Of a stretch of 64,000 bases of DNA, positions 51,765-60,844 are shown piece after piece. Within the stretch, counting starts at the first letter, position 1, and every line of letters starts with the position of its first letter. The notes under the pieces were generated by a model that did no database searches, was not told where the DNA came from, and saw nothing but the letters and a program-made list of their open reading frames with translations. Origin of the DNA: an uncultured Gemmatimonadaceae bacterium. Its GTDB lineage: Bacteria > Gemmatimonadota > Gemmatimonadetes > Gemmatimonadales > Gemmatimonadaceae. The DNA is taken from contig CAWAGQ010000006.1 of NCBI GenBank assembly GCA_963781585.1, positions 416,001-480,000 of the forward strand, given 5' to 3'. The position numbers and the translations under genes are program-made.

Positions 51765-54700
51765 TCAGAGCGATGCCAGCATCTCGGACGCGTGGACCGC
51801 GACCATGCTGGGCTCCTGAAAGAGAACGTACGCCATGTTCGCCGAGCTGGTGGCCCACTTGTCCGGCGAATTGTCGGTGGGCGAGAAGCCGGTGGGGTGC
51901 GGGCTTGCGGTGATGAAGTCGGGGTTGGGGGCGGGGAAGTTGGTCCAGGCCAGGTCGTTCCACGAAACCCCATCCGAGCCGGGATCGTAGCTGATGTCCA
52001 TGCCGAAACGGGGCTCGCCCGGTACCTCCTGAATCACGAAGAACCACCCCAGCGTGTCGGTCGCAAGAAAGCCCGGGCTCGGATCGTCGCCGCGCGCCTG
52101 TCGCGCGGTGAGATCGAAGCCGAAGAACTTGATGTCGGGCGCGATGTCGGCGCGGTAGAGTGGGAACAGGAGCTCCTGCGTGAATTCGGCGCCCGTCAGG
52201 TCGAGATCGATGACCGGTACACCGCCGCTGCCGGCGATCGCTTTCTGTGCGAAGACCACGGAATTGGGGTAGCGCTTGAGCAGGTCGCCGCGCACCACGA
52301 GCACGATCTGCGACGTGTCGCCCTGCGCGTCGCGGTTGTTGTGGGTGCCGAGGCGGGAGTTGCGCGTCCAGGTGTGGATGGGCGTGATGTCCTTGTGCTC
52401 TTCGGCCAACTGCGCGGGCGTCTTCCCCGTGCTCGGCTCCACCAGTCCGCTCACGTCCCAGAACTGGCGGAAGTAGCTTCCGCGCTCGTCGGTCGGAAAC
52501 TCGCTCCACAGCAGCGTGCGTCCCATCTCGTAGTTGAGGCCGACCATGTACGACTCGATCACCGGCTCGTTGGTCTCGAGCAGCGAGATCGTGTTGGGTG
52601 GGATCAGCTTGAGGTTGGCGACGAGGAATTCGTCGGACTGCCCGGTGAGCTTCTTGTACATCGGCTCGTCGAAGTCGGGATAGGCCATCGCCTCGACGAG
52701 CGGCTCGGACGGCACGGTCCACGGCACGTTCCGGATCTTTATCATTCGCGAGAGGCGGGTGCCGTGGGCCATCCGCGGCTCGAGAGCCACGGTGAGCCTG
52801 GCCTGCGCGTTCGACAGCGAATACGCGGTCGGCGGCGGAAGCTCGGGAGGCGCCAGCGCGGCGATCTGCGACAGCCCGGTCACCGCGGACCTGAAGTTCT
52901 GCGCCTCTTTGCTCTCGCCATTCGCGCCGCCGGGCGTGGCGCTCGGCGCAGTGGCTTCGGCGAGCAATCGCACGTTGAAGTCCGGTCGCGCCGGCACGGT
53001 CGCCAGAACCGTGTCGGCCGTGGCCGGATTGGAGACGAGGGTGGACTCCTCGTGCGCCGCGGCGGCCGCCTGAGACCTTCTCGCCACCGTCGCCACGACC
53101 GCGGCGCCCACTACCGCCGCGAGCAGGGCGGCGCCGACTCCGGCCGTCGCCAGCAGCACGATCACGATCAGCACGACAAGCAGGATGAGAATCAGCAACC
53201 CCAGCCGGGACATCGGTGGAACGGTCGTGCCGGCGGGCGGCGTGACGGCACCGCCCAGATCGGTGGTCGTGGGAAGTCCGGCGGGCGTCGGCCGTGGCGG
53301 CGCGGCGGTGAGCGTTCCGTCGTTGAGGCCATCGACCACGCTGGTGAAGTTGTCGGCGGTGATTCCCGTTCGGCGCGCGAACGGACCACGCGGTCGCATG
53401 AAACGTCGGAACGCGGCCGACAGCGCAGCTACGGGCAGGCGGCTCACGGTCAACTGATGGAAGAGCGTGGTCGGGCTTCCCATCACCCGTGGCAGCACGG
53501 CGCGGCTGATGGCGACCAGTTGCGTCGTCGGCAGCTTCCGGAACGTGGCGGTGAAGAGCGGCGTGGCGAAGGCGATTGCGGCCTTGGCGTTGCGGATGGC
53601 GCGGTTGGCCTGATTCACCTTGTCGACCTGTTGCCAGGCCGACTTCATGTAGCGGTCCTGATTCTCCTGGATAACGAGCGACCCGACCCCAGCCATGGTG
53701 CGCGTGCGCGGATCCCGGTTCAACTCATCCAGCCACCGGTCCTGCGTGATGTCGAGGAGAATCACGTCCTCCGGATGCTGCCGCACGTGGTTCTTGCCGT
53801 AGAGCGGCATCGTGACGATCGGATCCTGTGCCGTGTCCGCGGCGGTCTGCTCGCCCAGGTTCACGACGTCCTCCAGCGCGGCCTGGAAGTCATTGCTTGC
53901 CGGCGGATCGGGGAAGACGGTGGAGACCGTGGTGGGCGCCTTGAGCGCGGCCTCGAGGCCGAGGATCGGCGGGCTGGTGGCCGGGATCGGTCCCGAGCCG
54001 TCGGCTTTGACGAAACCGGGCGCCGAGCAATCCATGTCGCGGATGCCGACGCGTGGATCCATCGGCCGTGGCACGAGGAGGTTGGCCAGCGACTCGAAGT
54101 CCTCGTTCTCTCCGGTGCGGAAATACCACTCGAAGTAGACGGGCATCTCGGCGGCGGTGCCGTCGGCCGCCCACGCGGGCTGCTGCGCGTCGACGGTGTC
54201 GGTGGCCTGGCCCAATCCGGCGAGACGACCGGTCTCGAAGGTCGGGACGACGAACGCGGTGTACGCCGTGTTGGGCTTGAGGTGCCGCGGACTCATCAGC
54301 CGAGAGTACAGGCCGTCCGGGTCGGTCGTGATCGTGGTGTTGAGCGAGTTCAGGAACCTCTCGTAGGTGCTCAAATCACTGTCAGGGAGGTCGACGTTGC
54401 TGTGGACGTGTGCCCACATCCACAGCTCGTTCGCCGGCGGCATCGCTGTGCGGTCCTTGACGTTGATCGACGGCAGGGGGACGCGGCGCTGGGTGCGCTC
54501 GAACTCGTCGTCCTCGAGGACGAGCAGCGCCACCCACGGACGCAGGCGCTCGCCCGACGCCTGAGCCGGCGTGTACCGCCAGCTGAAGTCTTCATCGTAG
54601 AACTCGATGAACGCGAGGTAGTTCGGCTCGAAGTCCGTGATCCAGTTGAGCGGCTCGGTGCGAACGATCATGTCGCGGTTGATGCCGATGATGTCACCCG

Positions 54701-54881
54701 GACCGATGAGCGCGAAGTTCTTCGAGACGTCGGTGGCGTTCGCCTTGAGCGCGACCGGCACGGTCGCACGCTCCCTGGTGTGGACGGTGCCGCTGCCGAG
54801 GTCGTCGGCGTCGGTGATGTTCGCCGACATCCCGCGACGCGCCCACGAGTGGAACTGGTATCGCGCGACTTCGATCGTCAT
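51765..54881 (-). CDS. Uncharacterised 1038-aa protein with an internal 40-aa hydrophobic segment
   Basis: FSWRYTP, PWVALLVL, SRLMSPR, FPTDERGSYFRQFWD and RGDLLKRYP blocks; ATGA overlap with the upstream gene. Confidence 0.9.
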   Translation of the reverse strand: MTIEVARYQFHSWARRGMSANITDADDLGSGTVHTRERATVPVALKANATDVSKNFALIGPGDIIGINRDMIVRTEPLNWITDFEPNYLAFIEFYDEDFSWRYTPAQASGERLRPWVALLVLEDDEFERTQRRVPLPSINVKDRTAMPPANELWMWAHVHSNVDLPDSDLSTYERFLNSLNTTITTDPDGLYSRLMSPRHLKPNTAYTAFVVPTFETGRLAGLGQATDTVDAQQPAWAADGTAAEMPVYFEWYFRTGENEDFESLANLLVPRPMDPRVGIRDMDCSAPGFVKADGSGPIPATSPPILGLEAALKAPTTVSTVFPDPPASNDFQAALEDVVNLGEQTAADTAQDPIVTMPLYGKNHVRQHPEDVILLDITQDRWLDELNRDPRTRTMAGVGSLVIQENQDRYMKSAWQQVDKVNQANRAIRNAKAAIAFATPLFTATFRKLPTTQLVAISRAVLPRVMGSPTTLFHQLTVSRLPVAALSAAFRRFMRPRGPFARRTGITADNFTSVVDGLNDGTLTAAPPRPTPAGLPTTTDLGGAVTPPAGTTVPPMSRLGLLILILLVVLIVIVLLATAGVGAALLAAVVGAAVVATVARRSQAAAAAHEESTLVSNPATADTVLATVPARPDFNVRLLAEATAPSATPGGANGESKEAQNFRSAVTGLSQIAALAPPELPPPTAYSLSNAQARLTVALEPRMAHGTRLSRMIKIRNVPWTVPSEPLVEAMAYPDFDEPMYKKLTGQSDEFLVANLKLIPPNTISLLETNEPVIESYMVGLNYEMGRTLLWSEFPTDERGSYFRQFWDVSGLVEPSTGKTPAQLAEEHKDITPIHTWTRNSRLGTHNNRDAQGDTSQIVLVVRGDLLKRYPNSVVFAQKAIAGSGGVPVIDLDLTGAEFTQELLFPLYRADIAPDIKFFGFDLTARQARGDDPSPGFLATDTLGWFFVIQEVPGEPRFGMDISYDPGSDGVSWNDLAWTNFPAPNPDFITASPHPTGFSPTDNSPDKWATSSANMAYVLFQEPSMVAVHASEMLASL

Positions 54882-57800
54882 ACGGTGCTGACCTCGAGCG
54901 TGGAAACGACCTGCACCTTCCCCCTGAGCTCCGGCCGGGACGCGATCAGCGATTCGTAGTGCTGCTGTGCTTCGGCGTACGATCCGGCCACCATGCCCGC
55001 CGCAAAGGGCGTGAGCGTGCTGACGGTTGCCACCATGTACTGCTCGGCATCGACGTCGACACCGGCCGGCGCGAGCACCGACTGCCGTGAGTTCCGGTGG
55101 GACAGGGGCGAGTTCGCCGCGGCGGCGTTCTGCCGGGCAAGACCGAACCGCGTCTTGCCGAGCGGCCGGCGGCCGGCGAACACCGGCTGCTTCGCCCGCA
55201 GGTACGAGATCTCATAATCCACGTCCCGGCTTACCGGCGGAGTCGTGGCGAGATTGGCCGTCCCGGTGAGCTGGATGCCGCTGTCCAGCATCTCGAACGA
55301 CGGCCGGCTGAGCTTCTCGCTGTCGCTCATCTCGGTGAACTGCGCGACTGCGAAGCGATCCTGCACCGGCGTCGTATCCAGCGATGTCGGTCCGCTGTGT
55401 ACGCCGGTGAGCGTGAATCGGGTGTCGTCCTGCGGAACCTGCTCCCCGATCTTGTCGATGGTGTAGTCGAGGGGCACCGCCGACTCGCTGAACGCCAGTG
55501 TGCCGAACGGGTGGATGATGACCGCGCTGCCGGCGTTCTTGATCTGCTTGACGGTGACGTGGAGGTGGTTGTTGTCGGGAATCGTCGCACGCCAGTTGCG
55601 GTCGTCGTCGAGCTGCGCGATCAGCAGCGCCCTCACGTCGACCTTTTCCCTGGGCAGCTGGTCGGGATCGTCGCCCCACGTCTCGTGGAAGCGGATGGTG
55701 ACGTCGAAGAAGAGGATCGAGAAGCTGGCCTTGCCCTGCACGTCCCACGGCGTCGGACCAGCCAGTTGGCCGTGGAGACGGAGACTCATGATGTTCGTGG
55801 AGCCCCGCCGCAGCGCCAGCCCCGCGTCCAGATCCGCGATGAACCGGAACGGCGTGAACTGGAAGAGCACGTCGAACCCGATGAATCCGTAGAGGCTGAA
55901 TCCGCACGCCGCAGCGTAGAGCTCCGCTCGCGCGCCGAACTGCACCGTGTTCGACGTCACCGCGAAGTAGCAGGCAATGGTGAGACGCGGGTTGTCGCCG
56001 CTCAACAGCGCGAGCGTGAGCCGCGTCATGTTCTGGAGATCCGGGGGCGCGTCCTTGAATGCCGGATGGAAGCCCCCCACGCTCAGCACGAACATCGGCG
56101 TGTCGCCCCAATTGATGCGGAGCGCCATGTCGCCGGTGAGCGTGAAGATGAGCAGCTTCGAATCGAACAGGCTCGCGTCGAACGAGATGTACTTGTTCCC
56201 GAAGTCGACGACGCCCAGGAAGTTCACCTGAATGAGCAGGATCGGCTCGTCGGGATCGGGGAGCGCCGCCCGCAGCACCCCCAGGATCGCGAACATCGGG
56301 TTCGGAATGTCGAGCAGGAGTCCAAGCTCCAGCGTCAGAATGGACCCCGCCCATCCGATCTCGGCCATCGGCCCGAGCAGGAAGTGTCCCTCGGCGATCG
56401 GGAAGATCTGTTTGAGATCGCTGACGATGCGGGTGATGTTGGCGACGACGTCTTGCGGGAAGAGCACACTGTTGAGCGCCCCCGTCTTCACGCCGGCGCG
56501 CAACACGTCGATCCGCACCGTCCGGCTGAGCCCGAGCAGCCCGCCAACGCCGTTCAGCGAGAAGCCGAATCCCAGCTGGATCGGCGTGAACTCGGCGGTG
56601 ATGATGATGAGGAGCGAGAACCCGTTGCTCCCGTCGGGCATCTTCGTGTCGATCAATCCCACGGCCTTGAGCGAGAACAGATCCTGGAACTCCAGCTCCA
56701 GCGCGCCGATGTACTCGCCCTTGTCGGTGTCGATGTAGAGGAAGCCCGCGCCCTTGATTCCGCCGGCGTCGATCGAGAGTCCGACCCCGTTCGGCGGCTT
56801 GAAGTCGAAGTCGAGCTGCGTGGAGCCGCCGATGTTTCCGCTGTTGTCGCTCGGGAAGCTGAACCGCGCCGTGAGACCCATGTTCTGCACCACGGCGGTG
56901 AGCGGACCGAGCGCCGCCTTGATATCGGCGCCGAGCGAAATGGGCAGTTCGGTGACACCGGCGGCGTTCTGGCCGATCTTGAGCGTGAGGGTCAGGCCCT
57001 CGATCGAAACGGGACCGAGCTCGATGTGGACGGGCAGCTGAATCTCGAGCGCGCTGCTGCCCTGGAAGTAGAATCCGCGCGTGCTCGACACACCCATGAG
57101 GATTCCGAAATCGGCCTCGATCTTCGTGCCGGGAAGGATCCTGGCGAGGAATCCGTCGCCTTTCGTCGCGTCGATGACGATGCTGCCGCCGGTGATCTCT
57201 CCTTCGAGTGTGAGTTGGCTGGTCGCGTTGGTGCCGTTCCACGTGAGGTCCACGCCCGCCTCGAGGCGCAGCGACGCCATCTCGACGCGCCCGGCGCCGG
57301 CCTGGCCGAGCAGGATGATCGTGCTCTGGCCCGGCGGCGGATTGGCGATCCAGCGGCCGAAGATCTTGCCCTGGATCGTACCGGCGGCCGGCGGAATGAT
57401 CGTCACGTCCAGTGCCGGCGACAGCGCGACGCCCGCCTCCAACGGCACCTGCGCGTTGACGCCGAACACGGCGCTCCACTGTTCGCGCGTCACTGTGTAC
57501 GAGCCGCCGACGGTGAACAGGTACTTGAGCAGGAGCTGGAGGCCCGGTGGCACCATGTCGGTCCTGGCCGACAGCTCGAAGAACAGTACGTCGAGCGTGT
57601 GCGGCGTGACGCCGGTGTCGAGCACCACCGGCATGCCGAGCGCCAGCATCACCTTGTTGAGCTTGTCCAGCAGCGCGGCGCCGTCGAAGTCGTCGTTCCC
57701 CCAGCCATACAGCGCGCGCAGCTGCTCGAGCGGATTGCTGAACGTCTTCGTCAGCCCGTCGACATGGAACGCCTTCCGGATGTACGGCGGATTGACGGGA

Positions 57801-58309
57801 TTCGTGGAGCCGACGTTCTGCGGGCTGCGCTCGATGACGCCGAACAATTCCAGCACCGCCGCCGCCGCGGGCGCCACACTCTCGACGTAGTTGACCAACA
57901 GGTAGTTGATCAGGTTCACGCTGAGATTGGCGACGAAGTCGCCGATGTCGATCGCGGGGAAGCTGCCGTGCGCGGTATCGATCGCGTGCGCGATGGCGTC
58001 GATGTCCCCGATCAGCTCGACGATCTGCTGGGTGAGATCGATCGCGGTGCCGATCGCGGCGCCCTCGTCGTCGGCGTCGATCTGCTGGATGAGCGTCTCG
58101 ATCAGCCCCGGAACCGCCTCGAGCCGGGAGATCGCGTCGGTCAGCGCCGTCTGGAACTGCGGATTGCTGGCGAGCGATTCCGGGAACTGGATGCCGAGCT
58201 CGGCGAACAGCTCCAGAATCTGGCCGCTGCCGATACGCTCCTCGAGTGGCTTGATGACCTTCGCCAGCTCGAGCGCGATGACTTCCAGTGTCCCGGTCTG
58301 ATTGTTCAC
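54878..58309 (-). CDS. DUF6603-like large beta-strand-rich protein
   Basis: Helical N-terminus, then long runs of amphipathic beta strands with QLGFGFSLNGVGGLLGL, SVGGFHP, VQFGA and GPTPW (recalled as DUF6603-type; not searched). Confidence 0.8.
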   Translation of the reverse strand: MNNQTGTLEVIALELAKVIKPLEERIGSGQILELFAELGIQFPESLASNPQFQTALTDAISRLEAVPGLIETLIQQIDADDEGAAIGTAIDLTQQIVELIGDIDAIAHAIDTAHGSFPAIDIGDFVANLSVNLINYLLVNYVESVAPAAAAVLELFGVIERSPQNVGSTNPVNPPYIRKAFHVDGLTKTFSNPLEQLRALYGWGNDDFDGAALLDKLNKVMLALGMPVVLDTGVTPHTLDVLFFELSARTDMVPPGLQLLLKYLFTVGGSYTVTREQWSAVFGVNAQVPLEAGVALSPALDVTIIPPAAGTIQGKIFGRWIANPPPGQSTIILLGQAGAGRVEMASLRLEAGVDLTWNGTNATSQLTLEGEITGGSIVIDATKGDGFLARILPGTKIEADFGILMGVSSTRGFYFQGSSALEIQLPVHIELGPVSIEGLTLTLKIGQNAAGVTELPISLGADIKAALGPLTAVVQNMGLTARFSFPSDNSGNIGGSTQLDFDFKPPNGVGLSIDAGGIKGAGFLYIDTDKGEYIGALELEFQDLFSLKAVGLIDTKMPDGSNGFSLLIIITAEFTPIQLGFGFSLNGVGGLLGLSRTVRIDVLRAGVKTGALNSVLFPQDVVANITRIVSDLKQIFPIAEGHFLLGPMAEIGWAGSILTLELGLLLDIPNPMFAILGVLRAALPDPDEPILLIQVNFLGVVDFGNKYISFDASLFDSKLLIFTLTGDMALRINWGDTPMFVLSVGGFHPAFKDAPPDLQNMTRLTLALLSGDNPRLTIACYFAVTSNTVQFGARAELYAAACGFSLYGFIGFDVLFQFTPFRFIADLDAGLALRRGSTNIMSLRLHGQLAGPTPWDVQGKASFSILFFDVTIRFHETWGDDPDQLPREKVDVRALLIAQLDDDRNWRATIPDNNHLHVTVKQIKNAGSAVIIHPFGTLAFSESAVPLDYTIDKIGEQVPQDDTRFTLTGVHSGPTSLDTTPVQDRFAVAQFTEMSDSEKLSRPSFEMLDSGIQLTGTANLATTPPVSRDVDYEISYLRAKQPVFAGRRPLGKTRFGLARQNAAAANSPLSHRNSRQSVLAPAGVDVDAEQYMVATVSTLTPFAAGMVAGSYAEAQQHYESLIASRPELRGKVQVVSTLEVSTV

Positions 58310-58319
58310 GCGTCACCCA

Positions 58320-59756
58320 TCAAACGGTCTGTACTGATTCGTGCACCCGCGCGTCCGGGCCGGCGTCTCCCGCGGCCGCCCGCTCCAGCATCTCCTCCAC
58401 CGACGTGATCCCGCTCACGAGATGGAGAAGCGGTACGGTGTTCGCTGCGACCGCGGCCGCGAGCGCCGCGCTCCCCTGCTCCTGCAGCACCACCGACATT
58501 CGCAGTACGACATTCGCCGGCGACACGTCCGCGATCTCCGGCGGAATGCGATGTCCGGGCTCGCGCGCGCTCTTGATGAAGTGCCCGGTGAACGCGGGCC
58601 CCTGGTACCGATGCCAGGCGACCTTCACCTGGCGATTGTCATTGAGCAGCCGGTTGATCTCATCACCGTGTTCGCGGAACATCGCGAGCGCCGCGCGCCC
58701 GACCTCCAGGGTGTCCAGCACTCTCACGATGTCGTCGAGGTGGTCGGGACCGGGCGCCTGAAGCGGCTCGGCGACCGAAGCGCTGCCGAGCGGGATGGTT
58801 CCCGGGGTGCCGGAATTGATGATCGTGATCCCCATCGCCGCCGTGACGTCGGTGATGATGTTCGCAAAGCTGTCATTGGTATTCGTGTTGACGCCCCAGC
58901 ACAGCCCGACCACCACGTTCTGGTCGTTGACCAGCGCCGAGCCGGAGTCGCCGAACCACTGGAAATGGTCGAAGCCGGCATCGGGAGCGATGTGGATCTG
59001 GTTCGCGCGGGCCGGAATCTGCTTGGCCGGATTTCCGGCGGTCGGCCCCTTCGGGTCGGTAACCGTGCCGGTCGTGAGGCCGGTGGTGCGCCCGCGCTTC
59101 ATCACGTGGTCGCCCGGCGCCACGGTCGACCCGCCGGCGTTCAGCGTCGCCGCGCCGAGAATCAGACCGATGTCGATGATCTCGTTCATGAACCCCGGTG
59201 CGCCGGTGATGCGCGCGATGGCGCAGTCGACCAGTCCGTTGTTGAGCGAGTTCACGACCACGCCCACGATGTTACCCTTGCAGCAGCAGCAACACGAGAT
59301 CGTCGACTGTCCGATCTTCTCGCCGTTCGACGCGCCGCCCGCCATCATCACGTGGTGGTTGCTCAACATGACGATCGAGCCGTCGCTGTCGAGCCGGGCG
59401 ATGCATCCCATCGTGCCGACCTCGCTCGACGAGTCGTTACCGATCTGGATGCCGCCGAGGAGGGGGCGGTACCTGCCATCGTCGTCGGCGAGCGTCGGTA
59501 CGGGCTCCACGAGCACGTCGGTCTTCACGCCAAGGACCTCGACGGGAATCACTTTCTTCCGCGGCAGTTCGTTCGCCGGGAGTTTCTTCTCCACATAGAC
59601 GCGGAAGACGATTTGCTCGGTCGGTTTGCCCGCGGTCTCCTTGAGCCCGACCGAGACGTGGCGCACGCCGGGATATGCCATCAACTGCTCGCGCGCCTTC
59701 GGCAGCAGCGCCGAAAGCCGGGTGAACTCGGCTACCCGTTCGTGTCGCGGTCTCAT
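58320..59756 (-). CDS. Trypsin-like (Nal1-type) serine protease with CCCCC motif and helical C-terminal domain
   Basis: Triad SNHHV / DCAIA / GDSGS, KRGRTTGLT, N-terminal YPGV..V.VG...RVYV.KK domain; ATGA start at 59756. Confidence 0.88.
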   Translation of the reverse strand: MRPRHERVAEFTRLSALLPKAREQLMAYPGVRHVSVGLKETAGKPTEQIVFRVYVEKKLPANELPRKKVIPVEVLGVKTDVLVEPVPTLADDDGRYRPLLGGIQIGNDSSSEVGTMGCIARLDSDGSIVMLSNHHVMMAGGASNGEKIGQSTISCCCCCKGNIVGVVVNSLNNGLVDCAIARITGAPGFMNEIIDIGLILGAATLNAGGSTVAPGDHVMKRGRTTGLTTGTVTDPKGPTAGNPAKQIPARANQIHIAPDAGFDHFQWFGDSGSALVNDQNVVVGLCWGVNTNTNDSFANIITDVTAAMGITIINSGTPGTIPLGSASVAEPLQAPGPDHLDDIVRVLDTLEVGRAALAMFREHGDEINRLLNDNRQVKVAWHRYQGPAFTGHFIKSAREPGHRIPPEIADVSPANVVLRMSVVLQEQGSAALAAAVAANTVPLLHLVSGITSVEEMLERAAAGDAGPDARVHESVQTV

Positions 59757-60163
59757 CGTGCACCCCCCGCCAGGGTTCCGGCACGAATCCGCGCGAACAG
59801 GTCGGAGAGACTGGCACACTCGCTGGCCGCTGCCAGCACCGGGGACGCGTACCGCCCTACCGTAGCCGCCAGCTCGCGGCTTCCGCTCTGCTGCAGCGCG
59901 TCGGCCATGCGGAGCAACAGCCGCTCGAGCGACACCCCGTCGAACTCCTTGCGTACCGGCGTGTGCTCGTCGAATCCGCTGTCCATCGCCGAGGTGAGGA
60001 ACTGCGGACCATGGTTGCGCTGCCACGCCACCATCACCCCGCGGTTGTTGTTCACCAGGCGATTCACCTCGTCCACGTGCGACATGATCACGCCCAGGAT
60101 CTCGCGTCCCGGCGGCGACGCGTTCAGCTCCTCCTCGAAGTACTCGAGTTTGCGCATCGTCAT
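59753..60163 (-). CDS. 136-aa protein paralogous to the C-terminal domain of the adjacent protease
   Basis: ATGA overlaps at both ends; HVDEVNRLVNNNRGVMVAWQRNHGPQF vs HGDEINRLLNDNRQVKVAWHRYQGPAF. Confidence 0.85.
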   Translation of the reverse strand: MTMRKLEYFEEELNASPPGREILGVIMSHVDEVNRLVNNNRGVMVAWQRNHGPQFLTSAMDSGFDEHTPVRKEFDGVSLERLLLRMADALQQSGSRELAATVGRYASPVLAAASECASLSDLFARIRAGTLAGGAR

Positions 60164-60834
60164 ACCGGTTGTGGTGCGGTATCGGAGTACAGCCAGATGC
60201 CGGTGGTCGCGTCGACCACGTGGCGCATGTGGTTGCGCGCGTCGGGGTGAATGTTGGCCATCGCCGCGTAGCCTTCGGCGGCCATCTCGATACCGCGCGT
60301 CTGAATGATCCAGACGTTGCGCGGGCTGTAGTGCCGGGTGTGGTGGGTGACGAGGTAGGCGATGATCTGCTTCGCCGACTTCGGCGGCACCGGTCCGGTC
60401 AGCTCGAGCTGCTTGAGCGCATTGTAGAAGTCGACGTCGGGCTCGGCGTCGGGCAGACCGACGAACCGTTCGCCGAGGTTGCGAAGCTGCCGCTCCTCCT
60501 CCGGTGCGCTGGGGAAAGGCGCGATCGGCCGCGCGCCCGCCGCCCACGGCGAGGTGATCTTGTAGACGATCGCCGTCCGTGGATTCACCACCGTGTCCAC
60601 GCTCTTGATGTTCGGGAAGCGCGGCCGCCCGCCTCGGGCCGTGATTTCGTCGAGCCGGTCGAGGTGCAGACGCGGGTGCGTCTCGTCCTTGCGCCAGTGG
60701 CGTTCATCCTCGGCCGACGTCCTGAGGAAGGGAACGAATGTGCGCTCGACCGTCGCCGGCGGCGCGGTGATGGCCTCCGGCTTCACCTCGAAGCCCAGGG
60801 TGCGCGTCGCGCGCTCGATGGCAGGGTTGGTCAT
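60160..60834 (-). CDS. Hypothetical protein with PepSY-like C-terminus
   Basis: In-operon ORF with a VWII...VVDATTG.WL tail. Confidence 0.7.
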   Translation of the reverse strand: MTNPAIERATRTLGFEVKPEAITAPPATVERTFVPFLRTSAEDERHWRKDETHPRLHLDRLDEITARGGRPRFPNIKSVDTVVNPRTAIVYKITSPWAAGARPIAPFPSAPEEERQLRNLGERFVGLPDAEPDVDFYNALKQLELTGPVPPKSAKQIIAYLVTHHTRHYSPRNVWIIQTRGIEMAAEGYAAMANIHPDARNHMRHVVDATTGIWLYSDTAPQPV

Positions 60835-60844
60835 GGTCGATCGG

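Noticed and set aside
44405..58309. Known contractile injection system, Tc toxin or NRPS/PKS cluster
   Set aside because: I recognised no sheath, tube, baseplate, VgrG, RHS/YD, SpvB or adenylation/ketosynthase motifs; distant structural homology is not excluded.
46146..58408. Very long plus-strand ORFs (816, 1469 and 1103 aa) and the alternative-frame 1034-aa ORF
   Set aside because: Arg/Gly-rich shadow frames of high-GC genes; the chosen minus-strand frames have normal composition and operon coupling.
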